63,237 bases of DNA, filler included, from Choristocarpus tenellus KU-1152 (GCA_964200185.2; 10 parts of 10 records of this genome joined end to end with filler, not necessarily neighbours in it), one strand, 5' to 3'; shown: positions 24,637 through 38,411, numbered from the whole stretch's first letter. The notes: generated by a model not told the origin, from the sequence alone. Translations and numbers: made by a program.

Positions 24637-25685
24637 AAACTAAATCGAATTGGACATCTGGGTGTCGCACAGTAGGGGGTGGATGGGCCTTATTGTTCGG
24701 AAAAAAACAACAAAAAAACTTGCCACTTTTTTTTTTTGTTTCCACCTTCGCGGACCAACCTCAAAATGAAGCAAAGGGTTGGATATTTGAAGCACTCATT
24801 TCAAGGATTTTTATTGCTTGCTCTGCATGTGGCGTCTAGCGTCACATTTTTCTCCATATGAGCACACAATCAACACGTGAGTGATTTAGTAGCAGCGTAA
24901 CAGCATATCCTACCGACGAACATGTGTAGAGAGAGAGAGGGTAGGAGTCGCCAGGCATAGCACAAGGAAGGATGCAGAGGGTCACACTGTGTAATATGCT
25001 CGAGTATATTGAAGTGTGAACTGTGCCGTAGGAAGGGATAAACGTGGTACACTTTATATGATGCCTAAACAGTCCTTGAAAGGGTATGATAGGTTTGCAC
25101 TGGATTGATACAGATTATTTTCAGGGATGGTGATGATTAGTATATAGATAACTACAGAACACATCGTAGTGTATGATACATATCTGTTCATAGTACATAT
25201 TCAAGTACGTTCCTAGGGGGACAGAAAACGTTGCAAAGCAAATGCGCTCTCATAAGTTTGATACGAAAATCGTGCTGTCAGTTTGCTGACAATAGTTGTT
25301 ATTTATTATACAAGTTCCCTACCAACTCAAGTGACTAGAGATGTTGTCATTGTACTAGTATTGGCATACCCAAATTGGTGCACTCAAGTGCATACAGAAC
25401 ACTCCAGAGCACACTGTATCTACAAGCAAACACAAGTAGTAGAAGCTATGTTTGCCAGTGAAGCAAGCACCCCTCGATTACATTAAAGGCACATCAAGAT
25501 CTTCATTGGTGATAGGGGGAACTGCACAACCCTTCCAACAGCAAGATGTAGATATCATGGCAGGAGCAAGGGGTTCAGAATAAGTCAAAACAAGCTAAAG
25601 AAAAAGACATCAAGTGGCAGTGACATTGCAGGGAACAATGCAACCCTTCTGAGTCTATTATGTCTGTTACAACCATCCCAAACAG

Positions 25686-28600
25686 GAAGAAAAGAGAAGG
25701 ATGTTGGCAGAATTTGCTGAGGAGGAACGGCGAAGGGAGGAGGCCCTGGCAAAGCAGGTGTTCTGTCCACCTCTCCGATCCTCCCACCCCCCCTGTCCAC
25801 ACCTCCCCCCCTAGTCCCGCCTCTTTTCTTATAATGTGTTGATTGGTATTCAAAAGGGATCAGTGCATCCACCCCCACCTCGACTTCACCTGCGTCCTTT
25901 CAAAACAAAAAGAAAATCCCCTCAGGATTGCACCTTGCATTATTCAATTTGCTGTGCTTTGCCTTCTATCTAAACGATGTGCTCATCCCCTTAGTCCCCG
26001 TCGCTCCCTTGCTTTCCCATTTAATTTCTACTTGAGTGAAAGTATCTTAGAGGGTACGAGTTTTGCCCCTTTTGTCCATTTGGGGATTGGCTTTCCACGT
26101 TTTTTTTTATGACATTTTCCTACTCCAATATGTTTAGGAGTAGGTAAAATGTATACGTTATGAAAAGGTGTGTCCGGAACAAGGATATTGACACTTCCTA
26201 ACCAACATGATGTCCAAAATTAGATCAAAGAGTCAAAGTATCTTAGAGGGTAGAGCTACGTCCATTTGGGGACCAAAATCTAATGTTGTAATTTTGATAC
26301 AATTTTGGCTATCATTTTTGTTAGGAGATGTCAATAACCTTGTTCCAAACACTCCTTTTCATAACGTATACATTTCACCTACTCTGAAAGCACTTTGGAG
26401 ATGGTAAAATGTCATAAAAAACTTGTGAGAAGCCAAGCCCCAAATGGACAAACAGGGAATAACACGTACCCTCTAAGATATTTCCACTCTAAAATCGCAA
26501 CATTCGATTTTGGCCCCAAACAGACGCGGCTCTACCCTCTAAGATACTTTGAGACCTTATTTCGTGCCATCCCAACATATCGCTTTTTCTTTTCTTGTCC
26601 CACCCTCAGGGCCGGGTCAAGAAGAAGAGCGAGAAGAAAGCCAGGCAGGCAGAAATTCCCGCCCCACCAAAATTCGACCAGGAACCATTGACCTCTAGTG
26701 GAGAGGATATACCGATGTATTTCAACCACCAATCCCAACTCCTCGACATATTTCAGGTTCATCTCTATACTACTATTGACCCGAAGTATATTGAGAGAGA
26801 TAGGCAAAGGTTGCATTTCAAGGATCCCGAGAAAGGGCAAAGATACGTCGTCACTTTGAAAACTTGCAGGAGGAGGGAGCCTTCGCTGGATTGTGGTTTC
26901 ACTCGGTGTGTGTAAAGGGGAAGTATCAATGTTGTGTACAATATTGTGCCTCATAAAAGCAACAAAATAGAGTGTATTGCACAGGGTAAGAAAGGTGGCT
27001 TACAAAGCAAAGGGTCCAAAAATGCCTACCTCTAAGTTACTTTGTCTCATTTCTTTTACAGTGGGTACAACGCATGAAGGTTGTGTAGCCAGAGGTCAGT
27101 CCCCTTTGCCTCTGCTCTTTATAGAGTGGGCAGGGAATAATCCAGGTGTGTGAATGAATGCTCACCATGAAACAGGCGCTTGAGGAGCAGAACCTGTTTT
27201 TCATACAGAACTCACAGGAGACAGAACATGCCCTTGAGGAACTGAAGCAAAACTTCAGGCAGGTTCAAAAGGCTATGGACACCAAGACACAGGTGGGGTG
27301 AAAGGGGAAACAAGTCGCTTCATATTTTGTATGAGTTTTTCTTTGTGAAGCTCAGAAATGCCAGGTCAATGAATAAATCATTCAGCAGTCCGGCCCCCCT
27401 TCACTCATTGCCTGCCCAAAGCACAAACTTCCCAGTATCCTAAAATTGTGGTACTAAGAAGCTGGGATCCTTCGTTTCTCTGTACCTCTGTTAAAAGGAA
27501 TTGGAGAGGAAAGACTGAAATGCGGTCGAAATGGAATTTTCCTTATCCTCACCACCAGGCATTTTTCTATCCTAGTCCTCTCCCCCTCTCACAATGTCAC
27601 CTAAATTTACTTCCCTCCCTCCTGTACTGACCTTGGCATGCACATCATTCTATCAAGGTGCTCAGAGTGAACATTGAGGAGCTTGTGGAAAGCATCCATA
27701 AAGAGGAGGCCAAGGCTGAACAGCTCCGGAAACGCATCGCAGCCAGCACAGGGGACACATTGGACTGCCAGGAAGAGCTACTCAAGCAACTCAATGAAGA
27801 GGTATGATTTGTGATGACTGTGGGTGAGTGGACATTTGCAAAACTACTCTTTCACACGATTGAGATAGTGAGAGTGGCAAGCAGAAGAATGATGGGAAAC
27901 AGGTTGTCAAGAAAGCTCATTGCCAGAGCCATTACTAGGACACAGTCATATACAGTCTGGCATTACTATTGTCTTGGGGGTGAGAAACGATGACTCTCTG
28001 GCTATGCCTCTCCAACCTCAACAGGTATGGCATTCTGTTTTTCCAACTTTTGCTTTTTCCCAACAGCTCGTTCATTCTTTCTTGGGTGACTCTCCTAAGG
28101 TGCATGTACTTACATCAGCACTGTATTACATAACACTACAGAGAATTAATTGCTGCGATATGTGCCTACATCTTGGCATGGCAGTATCAGTTTTGAAGTG
28201 CTCAGCATATCAACTTCACGATTATTTCTCAGGTTATTTACAATCAAAACAATCTCTGTGATCTTACACCCCAGATACATTACAGTTTATGCCTTACACC
28301 AAGATGTACTCAAAATACATACGCGACAAACAAATTCACTCTCTAACACTCCCCCATTTGTAGCATTACAGATTTAAAACAGTGAAGGTCTTCTCAATGG
28401 CATCTCCAAAGCTCTAGACTGTATAGCATTTTTTTTCTAACGGTGTTGTTATCAACGTGAGTTCCAAATGATTCCCCCTCTTCCACTGTCCTACCAGGTG
28501 AAACATGTGTATGAGAGATGTGGGTTCGATGCCATATCCAACCCAACAACCCTCTTCATGCTCAGTGACCTTGAGGCCAGACTGGAAGACCTGCTCAGTG

Positions 28601-30818
28601 CAATTGGTCAGATGCCTGAGGATTATGTGATCAAGGCAGAGAAGGTACAGGAAGAGGGTGTGACAAGAGAGAGCGTCAATCGGCCAAAATGAATTGGGGA
28701 GGGTCATTATGGGATATTTTCTACTAGTGGTTAGTAGTAACGGGTAGACTGCAGTCAACCCATAATATTACTGTTTGGATTAGGTGAAGACTTGGGACGA
28801 TGTTTGGACCAAGGTGGATACTGAGCGGGTCAGAGAGGCGGTGATGAGGTGTTGGGACCGAAACTCGGAAAATTATATATATATATATATATGCATACAT
28901 TTCAATGACAAATATCTCACAGTGAACTAAGACGTCAGCTGAATAAAACCTAGCTCAGTAATTCAGAAGATATTCGCATCAAGCTCAACCGATGGAAGCT
29001 GTAGATTTAGGTAGAACCACTGCACTGTTCTCGTCAACATCGCTCCCCTTTCTTTCATCAAAACAATTCAAATGATTCAAATGTCCCTAACCCTACACCA
29101 ACAGGAAAAAGAGAAGAAGCGCCGAGAGAAGAAGCGGGCAGAACAGCAGGCTCTCCATGAGCGTATGCAGGTTCGAGTAAATACATCGGAGCTCTTGTGC
29201 AAGTGCAAGAACCAGGATTTTACCTCTATCAAGCGCGGTAGTGACTCAAAGTATCTGGGGGAGGGTGGCGGCTGTCCATTTGGGGCCAATTTTTTTATGT
29301 CGCGATTTTTGTGTGATTTGGTTGCATATGTCTGATGGATAATGTAAGTGCACTTTTCCTGGTTATAACCCAAATGGACACCCTGGTGTAGACCCCCTCC
29401 CCACCTCCAGATACTTTGGGTCAGTAGTACATTGTGATTGAGATCACAAGTAGCCATTGTTGACCGTTTGTCTCCGACCCTGTATTTTTGATCTGAATAC
29501 TACGGCATCGTAGGGAATGGCTACCTGTAACACCTTAAGCAAACATACAGGGTGGTGAAGTCATGAAGGGAGCATAAAGGATCATTCCATTGCTTAGACG
29601 TGGAGCTCCTTCGGCTTTCTATACACTGAAGTAATATATCCATGTGTTTTCACAGGATTTCTAGAACAAAACTTGGAATCGATAGATATTGCTGTCCTCT
29701 ACTCCTGACCTGGGGGTAGTAGCACGAAAAAATGTTGCCTTTCTTGAAGCTTTTCATGTTGTGCAAAATAGGACGCTAGCAACACCAGTTCGCTGCTTTA
29801 TTGAATGAGAGTATTTTAGAGGGTACGAATTTTGCCCTTTTTGTCCATTTGGGGCTTGGCTTCCCATGTTTTTCTTAATGACATTTTCCTACTCCAGAAT
29901 GTTTCGGAGTAGGTAAGATGTATACGTTATGAAAAGGTGTGTTTGGAACAAGGATATTGACACTTCCTACCAAACACAATAGCCAAAATTGCGTCAAAAC
30001 TGCAACATTGGATTTTGGCCCCCAAATGGACGCGGCTCTACCCTCTAAGATACTTTGGCTCATTCACAGTTTGCACTACATTTAAAAATTGCCTACAGGG
30101 ATAACTACATACAACATTTGATTTTATTGTTGCAAAGAGTGATGTATCATTTTGCTACAAAACCAAGAAGAAAACACCTCCCATGCTTACTTCCCTCATA
30201 CTCTTGGGGAAACAGATGGTTCTTGACTGAACATTTTGTTATTTTGTCTTGGATTCCAAAAGTCCTCAACCACCTCTTTGAAAATGAGAGACCCAAAGTA
30301 TCTGGGAGGGGGGGGGGGGGTCTACAACAGGGTCTCCATTTGGACCAAAATCAGGAAAAGTTCATTTACGGTATCCATCCGACTTATGCAATCAAATCAC
30401 CCCAAAATCAAAAAAAAAAAAAATTGACCCCAAATGGACAGCCGCCACCCCCTCCCAGATACTTTGAGCCAGACTTGGGAGCAGTCGTACGAGTTCAACT
30501 ACATTAGATTATTCAGATAATCACCCACCCAAGCAATGCAATGGTGTAGGCTCATTTGAATTTGCGGTAAGAAATGTGCAAACCATTTGCACCTCTCTGC
30601 AGGTCTTCAACCTTTTTCTAATCCCTCCAACGTCCCTTTTGAATGTCTTTTTACAGGAGGAGCGAAATCGCAAGGCTATTGAGAGGTCTCTTCAGGCCCC
30701 TCGCAAGAAAGCTGGTAGACCTGTCATGTTCCGGAGTCGCCCTCAACTCCGCAAGGTTCACAAGGACCAAGATGACAGCAACGGAGAAGACTTGGACGAG
30801 ATTAAGCATCTCACTTAG
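25686..30818 (+). CDS. CFAP100: Cilia- and flagella-associated protein 100 (CCDC37/CCDC38 family), 3' half
   Basis: Exons 25686-25757, 26610-26756, 27176-27292, 27658-27801, 28498-28644, 29105-29170 and 30657-30818 (stop) are all GT-AG and phase 0, giving 285 codons. Signatures: PMYF...QLLDIFQ|ALEEQNLFFIQNSQETE, VYERCGFD...MLSDLEARLEDL, EKEKKRRE and GRPVMFRSRP. Confidence 0.9.
26034..26555. mobile_element. MITE family 1, outer copy interrupted by a nested copy
   Basis: GAGTGAAAGTATCTTAGAGGGTAC ... TACCCTCTAAGATACTTTGAGAC with CTT/CTT TSD. The body is split at 26229/26490. Confidence 0.85.
26230..26489. mobile_element. MITE family 1, nested inner copy in opposite orientation
   Basis: GAGTCAAAGTATCTTAGAGGGTAG...TACCCTCTAAGATATTTCCACTC, 260 bp, flanks CAAA/TAAA. 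Confidence 0.85.
29243..29422. mobile_element. MITE family 2
   Basis: GACTCAAAGTATCTGGGG...CCAGATACTTTGGGTC with AGT/AGT TSD. Confidence 0.88.
29803..30061. mobile_element. MITE family 1
   Basis: GAATGAGAGTATTTTAGAGGGTAC...TACCCTCTAAGATACTTTGGCTC with ATT/ATT TSD. Confidence 0.88.
30290..30470. mobile_element. MITE family 2
   Basis: GACCCAAAGTATCTGGGAGG...CCTCCCAGATACTTTGAGCC with AGA/AGA TSD. Confidence 0.88.
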
Positions 30819-31424
30819 ACTTGAGTCAAAACTTCCGTCTTCTCATTCTGGTAGTATGGGTCTCACCAATTAACCATTACATTCCCCAGATCACCTTTTT
30901 AGATTCCAAGAGGGGCCCAGTTGCACACCTTTTTATAATTTTCAGTGTGCTGTTCACCCCTGCACCACCTACAGTATTTGGAGATTCATCACTACTGCCT
31001 GATCGTGTTTGCTCATAGTTTTTTGGGAGGATTTTTCACACACATATGCCATGTGATGTGTGTAGTGCATATGTCGCTTCCAGCCAGACAAAGCAGGATA
31101 GTGTTCAGCAAACATTGTTGTGGGGGTTTAGGTCAACACCTACGCAAAATTATTAGTATAGGTGTCAAAAATATAATTGTCAGGCACTGCTTGATACATT
31201 CAGCTTGGAGGAGCACATGGATTCAAGTCTGAGTCCAAAGCACCGAAGGATTCTAATGGGCCCACGTGATGGAACTTGGAATTACTCGCTGACAAGATGT
31301 GGGGAGTGCAGAGTCTGGTGTGGAAGGCCACATCGTTCAGTACCTTGTTACTATGTCATATCTCGACTGGAAAAGTGTTGGTTTGAATATTATGGGACTA
31401 AAGAGTGGTTAATGAGGTGTGAAA

Positions 31425-31598
31425 GGCTCAATGTATCAAGGGGGGGGGGTCTACACCATAGTGTCCATAAGGGCCCTGACCAGGAGAGGTGCACTTACAA
31501 ATCCATCTGACGCATGCAACCAAATCACCCAAAATCGCGACATGGAAAAATTGGCCCCGCATGGACAATCGCCACCCACCCCCCAGATACTTTGAGCC
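31425..31598. mobile_element. MITE family 2
   Basis: GGCTCAATGTATC...CAGATACTTTGAGCC with AAA/AAA TSD. Confidence 0.85.
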
Positions 31599-32753
31599 AA
31601 AGCAGTAAGTACCAAGTCTGCAGCCTCCCAAGAATCCTATGAAACACCGTACACACGGAAACCTGCTGCAGGTACACCACCAGTAACGGGTGGGTGGGAG
31701 GCATTTTGAGTGGACAAACTCTCCATCATCTTTCAAAAAATCTGAGCCTCTAAGTGCATTCATTCTGTTCTCTGTTGTGAATTTCGACAATTCGACTGCG
31801 TCAATCCGAGTTGATTGAAAATAGTCAAGATCGTATTTTCAATACAGAAAATAGTTGACAGGTCAGAACATTTATACTTCTGTATTGAAAATAGTCAAAA
31901 CATTTATCGAAAACAATCTCAAGAGGTCTCACTCCACATCATCCCCATCTCTTTCCATTCCTCACCCCCCCCCCCACCCCCCACAATTCAATTCCGCATT
32001 TCCAAATACCTCCTCCTTCTTCTCTCTGCCCGGCCCTCACCCAAAGACATGGATAAAGCATCACTGGGGCGATCATATTGAAATAGTCAAAACATTTATA
32101 CTTCTGTATTCTCCGCAATTTGTTTGAAAGTTCCTCACAGCACTCGACATTTCTTGCTGACCACCTCTCACTCAGTGGTCTAAGCTCAGTTGAACATATA
32201 CTACGTTTCAGATTATCCAGATTATTTGTAGCATATAGCAACAGATACGACATAGTACAGGCGTACAAACCGTGGTGCCTGCCTTGTCAATCAACAAACC
32301 CAGATTTACCTGAAAAAACATTTCAGTTGGCAAAAATTTTCGAAACTGGGCATTCGTTGGCAGGAGCTCTGGATTTCGCTCGCTGAGCAAAAAATATTCA
32401 GCTATAATTTCATACGGATTTTAACAGGACTGAAAAATTCACTCCTTAGAAAATGGATGGCATGTTTGCCAATCACAATTATTGGGAGTCATCAACTTTC
32501 AGGCAATATCCACTCCTGTAGAGTTCTACATAAGGTCATGGATTAATTTATGGTCATACATTTATCCAGATAATATATGTAAAGAAGACCAACGACACTC
32601 CTCACTCCTTCCATTCTATGACCCTTGACTTCTTCCCTAGGTATCTCTCACACTCAAAACCTATGGGCAAAACCTGTCATAGATTGGTGAGGCACATCTT
32701 CAACCAGCAAGAATTCCGTCTCTCTACACTGAATTGAACATCTCCACTTTCTC

Positions 32754-35700
32754 TCAGCCTTCAGGACCATGACGCCACACCCGTCCTTCATGTTTGCTGC
32801 GAATAGCCAGCACACGGGGGTCAATGACCGTCCTCCACAAGGGTGGGCACAGAGCTAGCAAGACACAGGTAGGGTATCCCATGGGAAGCTGTTTCGCCAG
32901 AACATAGGTTAGGGCAAGGGCAATGGGATGAGAGGGCTTGGGAGTAAGGATTGGTAGTGGGAGAAATAGAGACACATCCTGCATTGGGTTTTTGGAAGCT
33001 GAGCAAATGAGAAGTGTGCATTCATGGATAGATCGCAATTTCATCAACAGAGCTGTAATGAAACTCTTGCATACCTACATTTCATCCCTAACACTTCAAC
33101 TAACTTGGATAGACTTAGAACTCTCTATTGTAAGTGTACTAAATCCTAAAGCACATGAAAAAAATATACCTGGGCACTAGATAACAATCTCACGGTTACC
33201 CTATGTCAAAAATGTGTCTTCACTACAACAGGAATATAAATTGCACGAATGGGCCTCCCTAGGAAACACACTCATCCATCTCAACTATTCAAGAACCATG
33301 CAGTCCAGGTCAACTCCCTTTCATCCACGCCATACTTACGCCCCGAGTACTTTTACCTCGACCCACTACATTAAAGACGTACCTGTACAAAATCTAACCC
33401 TCATCTACCCTAATCATCAAATCCGTTAAGTTCATCATGCCATTCTCTCATCTCCGCTCAACACAAACGTCTACCTAAATCCAAACCTGTGGGCTGCAGA
33501 GCTCCGCCCGTAGGGTCTGATACCGCTTGGTAGAATTCACATGGTGGTCTGCATGCCGTTGCAGCTTGAAGAGGACCATGTTTGTCAGACGGTGGGGAGA
33601 GTCCCAGCTGTGTTCATATCCCACCTGTTCATACCGCCCATCCTCCAATCGTCGTCGTTCAAGCTTGTAATGTGATGGCGGTAGAGGGGTGACACGAGAG
33701 GACAGGGGTTGTCTTGAGTTTGGGTTGAAGGTGCTCCAACAATCAGCTGTACAGAACCAGGCAAATGGGACGGCGCAGCATGATAAAACAAAAATAAATA
33801 CACCAAATATTAACTGTGGATCACACCTAATCACAACAAGTTAGAGTTGGATACTTTGGAAATTGGGTTGATATCATCATATACCATAATCTACCTGGCA
33901 CTGCAAGATATGGTTGATACGGATTGAATCAAATACACTGAGAACCTGTTCCTGGATCCCCACTCACAATACAACAAGGAACTATCTAAACTTCTAAACA
34001 GCAATAGATATCACATATCAAATGCTTCCAGTAGTCCATAAAGTTATGCTGGTATCACAGAATTCAACACATCTGCCCAAGACAGAGCAGCAGAGTGACA
34101 CAACTGTAAAACGTTGCAACAGTTCCCCTCGAAATGTTCACTAGTTGATAGCCTCATGAACATAAACGTCCAGCAATTCCACACAACCCACTCCATAGTG
34201 TTCCAGGTAGTTGACAGACTCAAACAGAAGAACACCCATGGCACTTTGGCCCAAGAAGAGAGGGACAGACCAGCGCCCGAAAGCTGCCACGAGGCCTCCA
34301 CACAGGAAGGAGGAAGCCGTCCAGTACCTGAGAGATGACGAGGCAAGGTAGGTATAAGGCATATCAATATGAAACAAAAAACGCATACGCACAAACACAT
34401 ACACACACAAATACTGTACGGTATGTCCTGAGGTGTGTAATACTGCGGATTATACATCATTAGGCAGGTGAACAGACAAGCAAGTACATCGAGCACTACC
34501 ATGGAACGATCACAAATGTCTGGATCGTCCGTTGTAAGAAAAAAGGTGTTGTTATGATAGGCCCAGACTACTGGTGAAACAGGATGAACACTGCCATACC
34601 TCACAAGTGGTACCCAAAAAGGACCCCTTACGTTTTCATTCTGCTTCATGCAACACGGATGTCTCCACTTCGGATCATGATGCAAGGCTAGTAGACCAGG
34701 CCTGATGTAAATCTTCGCAGTCCTTACGACAACAAACTCTGGACTTTGCATTCATTCCAAAGCACAACTGCAAGTGTAGAGAAGCACAGTAGCAGGAAAA
34801 GCATTTCACCACATAACACTCCCTGCTCCCCTTCCCGCAAGCGAACTCCTCTTGCTAGTGCTCTAAGACTCACCAGAGCATCTCATTGTGCCAAAAAGTG
34901 AGATCCATTTCCCGACAGCGGTCTACCTCCAGCCGCCAAGCATTGCAAAAAGAACCCACAATGCACCGAGGCAGGAAGGAATAAAAACTCTCCCCGAAAC
35001 GAGCTGTTGCAGGGTCATTGTCTGTCCCAACCTTGCCAATTTCACAAATGGGAGGGCAGGAGGGGCATGGTGGGGTGTGGGGTTAACAGGTTCGTTGGGT
35101 AGGGGAGGTTTCCATTCAGAGCTTCTTTCAACCAGGGTGTTCAGTCATCTCCCTCAAGACCATGTGCAGTGGGTTCAATTGAAACTGGACACATACAACC
35201 TCAATTGCATCATCACTGTGGCATGTAAGGGTCGCATCTAACTACCCATGCAGTATCCTCAATAATCATAAAATAGCAAGATACTGAACTTGATATTTGG
35301 TGTCTGGTAATCAGCAACAGGGACACTGAATTCAAATGCTTAGAGACCTCTTACAAGGCATGTTATAAGCAATATGTGTGATGGGAAAGCAAAAAAAACG
35401 TCCAAAATATAGCCTGTTGAGGAACTTCAACACATCCTAAATCAAAACCAAATTTTGGTTAAAGAAGAGAACACAGGGGGAGGGCGGGGAAAGATATTCC
35501 GGACTCCAAAGTTCAACAATTTTGACGAAAGAGTGAGGAAGAGGAACAGGAACAGCAGGTAAATGAGGTGGGGGCAGGATCAGTTGTAGAGGGAGGGACT
35601 CACCATTTTGTGATGCCCTCTGGTGTGCTCCACATAAAAGTGGCCATAACCCATGGCCACACACACTAGTCGCCCTTTGACAAAAAAAGACAAATTGCAA

Positions 35701-38411
35701 ATAAAGAATGTAGGGGAACAATGTCAACTTTTTCTTATGTTGTCATGGATGCAAAAACACCAAGTTCAGGATAGACAAAGAGAGCCATGCAAAGAATAGA
35801 TTTAATGCAACAGAACTAAAACATGCGATGAGTAGATGCACTACAGACGTGATATTCAAACCAATCAAACTCTGGTGCTCCGAAAAATGACCTGATAGGA
35901 TGTGTTTTCCCCCATAACTTCCCGTACGCCCCCAAGTCACAAAAAATGAATGCCATCACTCAACTGAATAAAAAAAGACTAGAGGGACAGAAGAAGCTAG
36001 GGATTGAGGTTTAAAGTATCTTGGGGTGGGGGTGTGGCAGTTGTCCACTTGGGGTCAATTTTTTTGTGTCACGATTTATGGGTGATTTGGTTGCATACAT
36101 CGGATGGATAATGTAAGTGCACTTTTCCTGGGTTTGGCCAAAAACGGACACCCTTGTGTAGGCAGCCCCCCCTCCCCCCAGATACATTGGGTCTGACATG
36201 TGACACTTTTACAGGTCATTTTATCTTCTCCTATTACACAGAAATTAGGAAGGAATGGGTATGGGCTGTAGCAGTTCATAAATCCAGTGAGCTTCACCAT
36301 GTGCAATGCAGCACATACTCTCTACTCTGAGCCCTAGGGTCCCTGTCATCTCCAAATAACACCGACTCCGTCCCCGTAATGCAGGATGGCTCGCACTGCT
36401 ACTAGTGATAAAAGAGAAAGGACCAGAAGTCAACAACAACCAATCGCTTTACTTCAAAGTACAAATTAAGGGCACATTGAGAAGGACCAAGCACATTTCT
36501 CTTGGGGCTGCCCCCACCCTTGGTGGGGGAGTGTCACCTGCCCACTGCTCCACTCTGGTGTTCTTGTGCACAAGCTCGTGGCTTACCGTGATGCCCACAC
36601 CCCCAGTGTAAATACCGACGGAGAGGGTGAAGCCTAGTATTGAACAGTTCGTACATCATCATACATGAGATTTCGAAATTCGGAAATGTCAAAAGGTCAC
36701 GACCACATGAGTAGGGGGGGTGAAGACTGAAAACAGCGATGGGGGTAACATTGCAGTGACACCAGAGATTGGATAACAGATGGCGACTTGGAACATCAAC
36801 TCCTATGCCAGGGGCAACTGTTACTCCAGCAAATAGTAATACATTGATTCACCACTCCAGAAAACAGCGTAACCATTTAGCAGCGCCCCCGAGGTCTACC
36901 TCCACGAGATTGACCCAACAGTGAACCTAGTGCAAGGAATTCTATTTCCAAGCAACTGCACAATTGCTATCAGATCAGGTGACGTCAGGGGAGCTGAAAT
37001 TGTGAGCAGGCAAGGCTGTGCCACACTCTTCTGGGAAAGGAAGAATTCAGCGCAAAGCAAATATTCCTTACGTTCATTTTGTAGTGAGGAAACACTTCAC
37101 TCACCATGTTGCAATAGATAAGGCTATAACTCCATCCATGAATGTCTCGCCTATGTAAAATGCAAACACAAAAAGGACACCATCAACCTTACAAGAGCAC
37201 CCTAGACATTGACATGCAGTAGAGATCTCCTCCTGCCCATCACCTCCTTACCTTTCACACACTAACAGCAACTCTCAGGTACAAAACAAAAATTGAGTTC
37301 GGACTTCCAAGCATTTGAGACGGAATCCTGCCCGGAAGGCACAGACAATGCAATAGTATCTTGCTGACTGTTGAAGAACAGGTGCATAAATGGAGTGTGT
37401 CAATTGTGTCAACAATAGCAACATATCCACCCACCACAACACAAATCAACCTGAACGCTATTGCACTTCCTGTCCACTATGTTCGCCTCAATGTTTCAAT
37501 GCCCAAGACCCCTCATGCTCCTTGCATCAAGATTCAAGACTCATGCACAGCTGAGCTTGTCAAAATCACTGCTTCAATGAATGGAGAACTCATGATCGAT
37601 ATACCTCATCCGAATAGCACATTACCTACCCTCTTGGCTCATTTTCAAGACCAAAAACACAAGCATCAGAGACCTTTCTGTGTTTCTTCCCCTTGAAAGT
37701 AACACAGAACACGCTGTGCCTGTGAATCCTTATTGTACATGCTTCAAAGTATATACACTACAGAGTACAAGTTGCACCTCCTGGAGAGCAGAGATGTCGT
37801 CAACTCACCTATGTACTCCAGGTTGCTAAGCTCCATTTTGTTGACGGTATAGCATGCATAGGCAAGAAGAGCCAGCTGTGATGGTACAAAGGACATGATT
37901 GCTGCATGGAATCCCAACCTGGGTTCATGGCGTTGAGAACTTAAGAGCAGGAGACATTGATGCAACTTGGAAAAAAGAGGGAGGGTGCACCACTTCAGAA
38001 ATGTGCAGCAGGCATTCCTGTTTGATTCATGCCATATTCTAGACGAACGTACTTGAAAACAGAGAACCCTTCTGGTGCATGAGGCTTTCTGTGCATAAGA
38101 AGTCTACCCATCAATATCATAACAATGGTACGTGGTCTCCCAAAATACCGCATTTGACATTCAACAATGTCAAGTTGACAACTCAGGGAGCCGAGTTTAG
38201 AAGAAATAGAGGAGATCAAATCAGCACAGACACCAATTCCTGCAAACCCCGCCCCTAGCCCATTTGTCTCCTTTTTGGCACATCGAGACCTGTTTCGGAT
38301 GGCCTTATACTCTGCCGCAGATTTGTTGAAAGTATCCACACCAACAATGTAGTCAGCCAACGGGATAAAAACAAAAGCCCAGTACACGCTACTGAAGCTC
38401 CAGGCTCCACC
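32754..38411 (-). CDS. alkB: AlkB-type alkane 1-monooxygenase (membrane non-heme di-iron hydroxylase); first exon(s) not located
   Basis: Exons 38290-38411, 37809-37918, 36538-36633, 35604-35674, 34874-35031, 34192-34327, 33487-33663 and 32754-32888 (stop) are GT-AG with compatible phases, giving 334 aa with no stop. All AlkB motifs are present: HELVHK, EHTRGHH, DPATARFGESFY, NYLEHYGL, HSWD, LQRHADHH, PQLPMGY and PPLW. Confidence 0.93.
36008..36193. mobile_element. MITE family 2 in alkB intron
   Basis: GGTTTAAAGTATCTTGGG...CCCAGATACATTGGGTC with TGA/TGA TSD. Confidence 0.85.

Noticed and set aside
34044-34751. 235-aa minus-strand ORF
   Set aside because: It is mostly alkB intron overlapping the true exon 34192-34327 in another frame.
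32754-38411. Bacterial contamination as the source of alkB
   Set aside because: It has seven canonical spliceosomal introns, an intronic host MITE and physical linkage to CFAP100.
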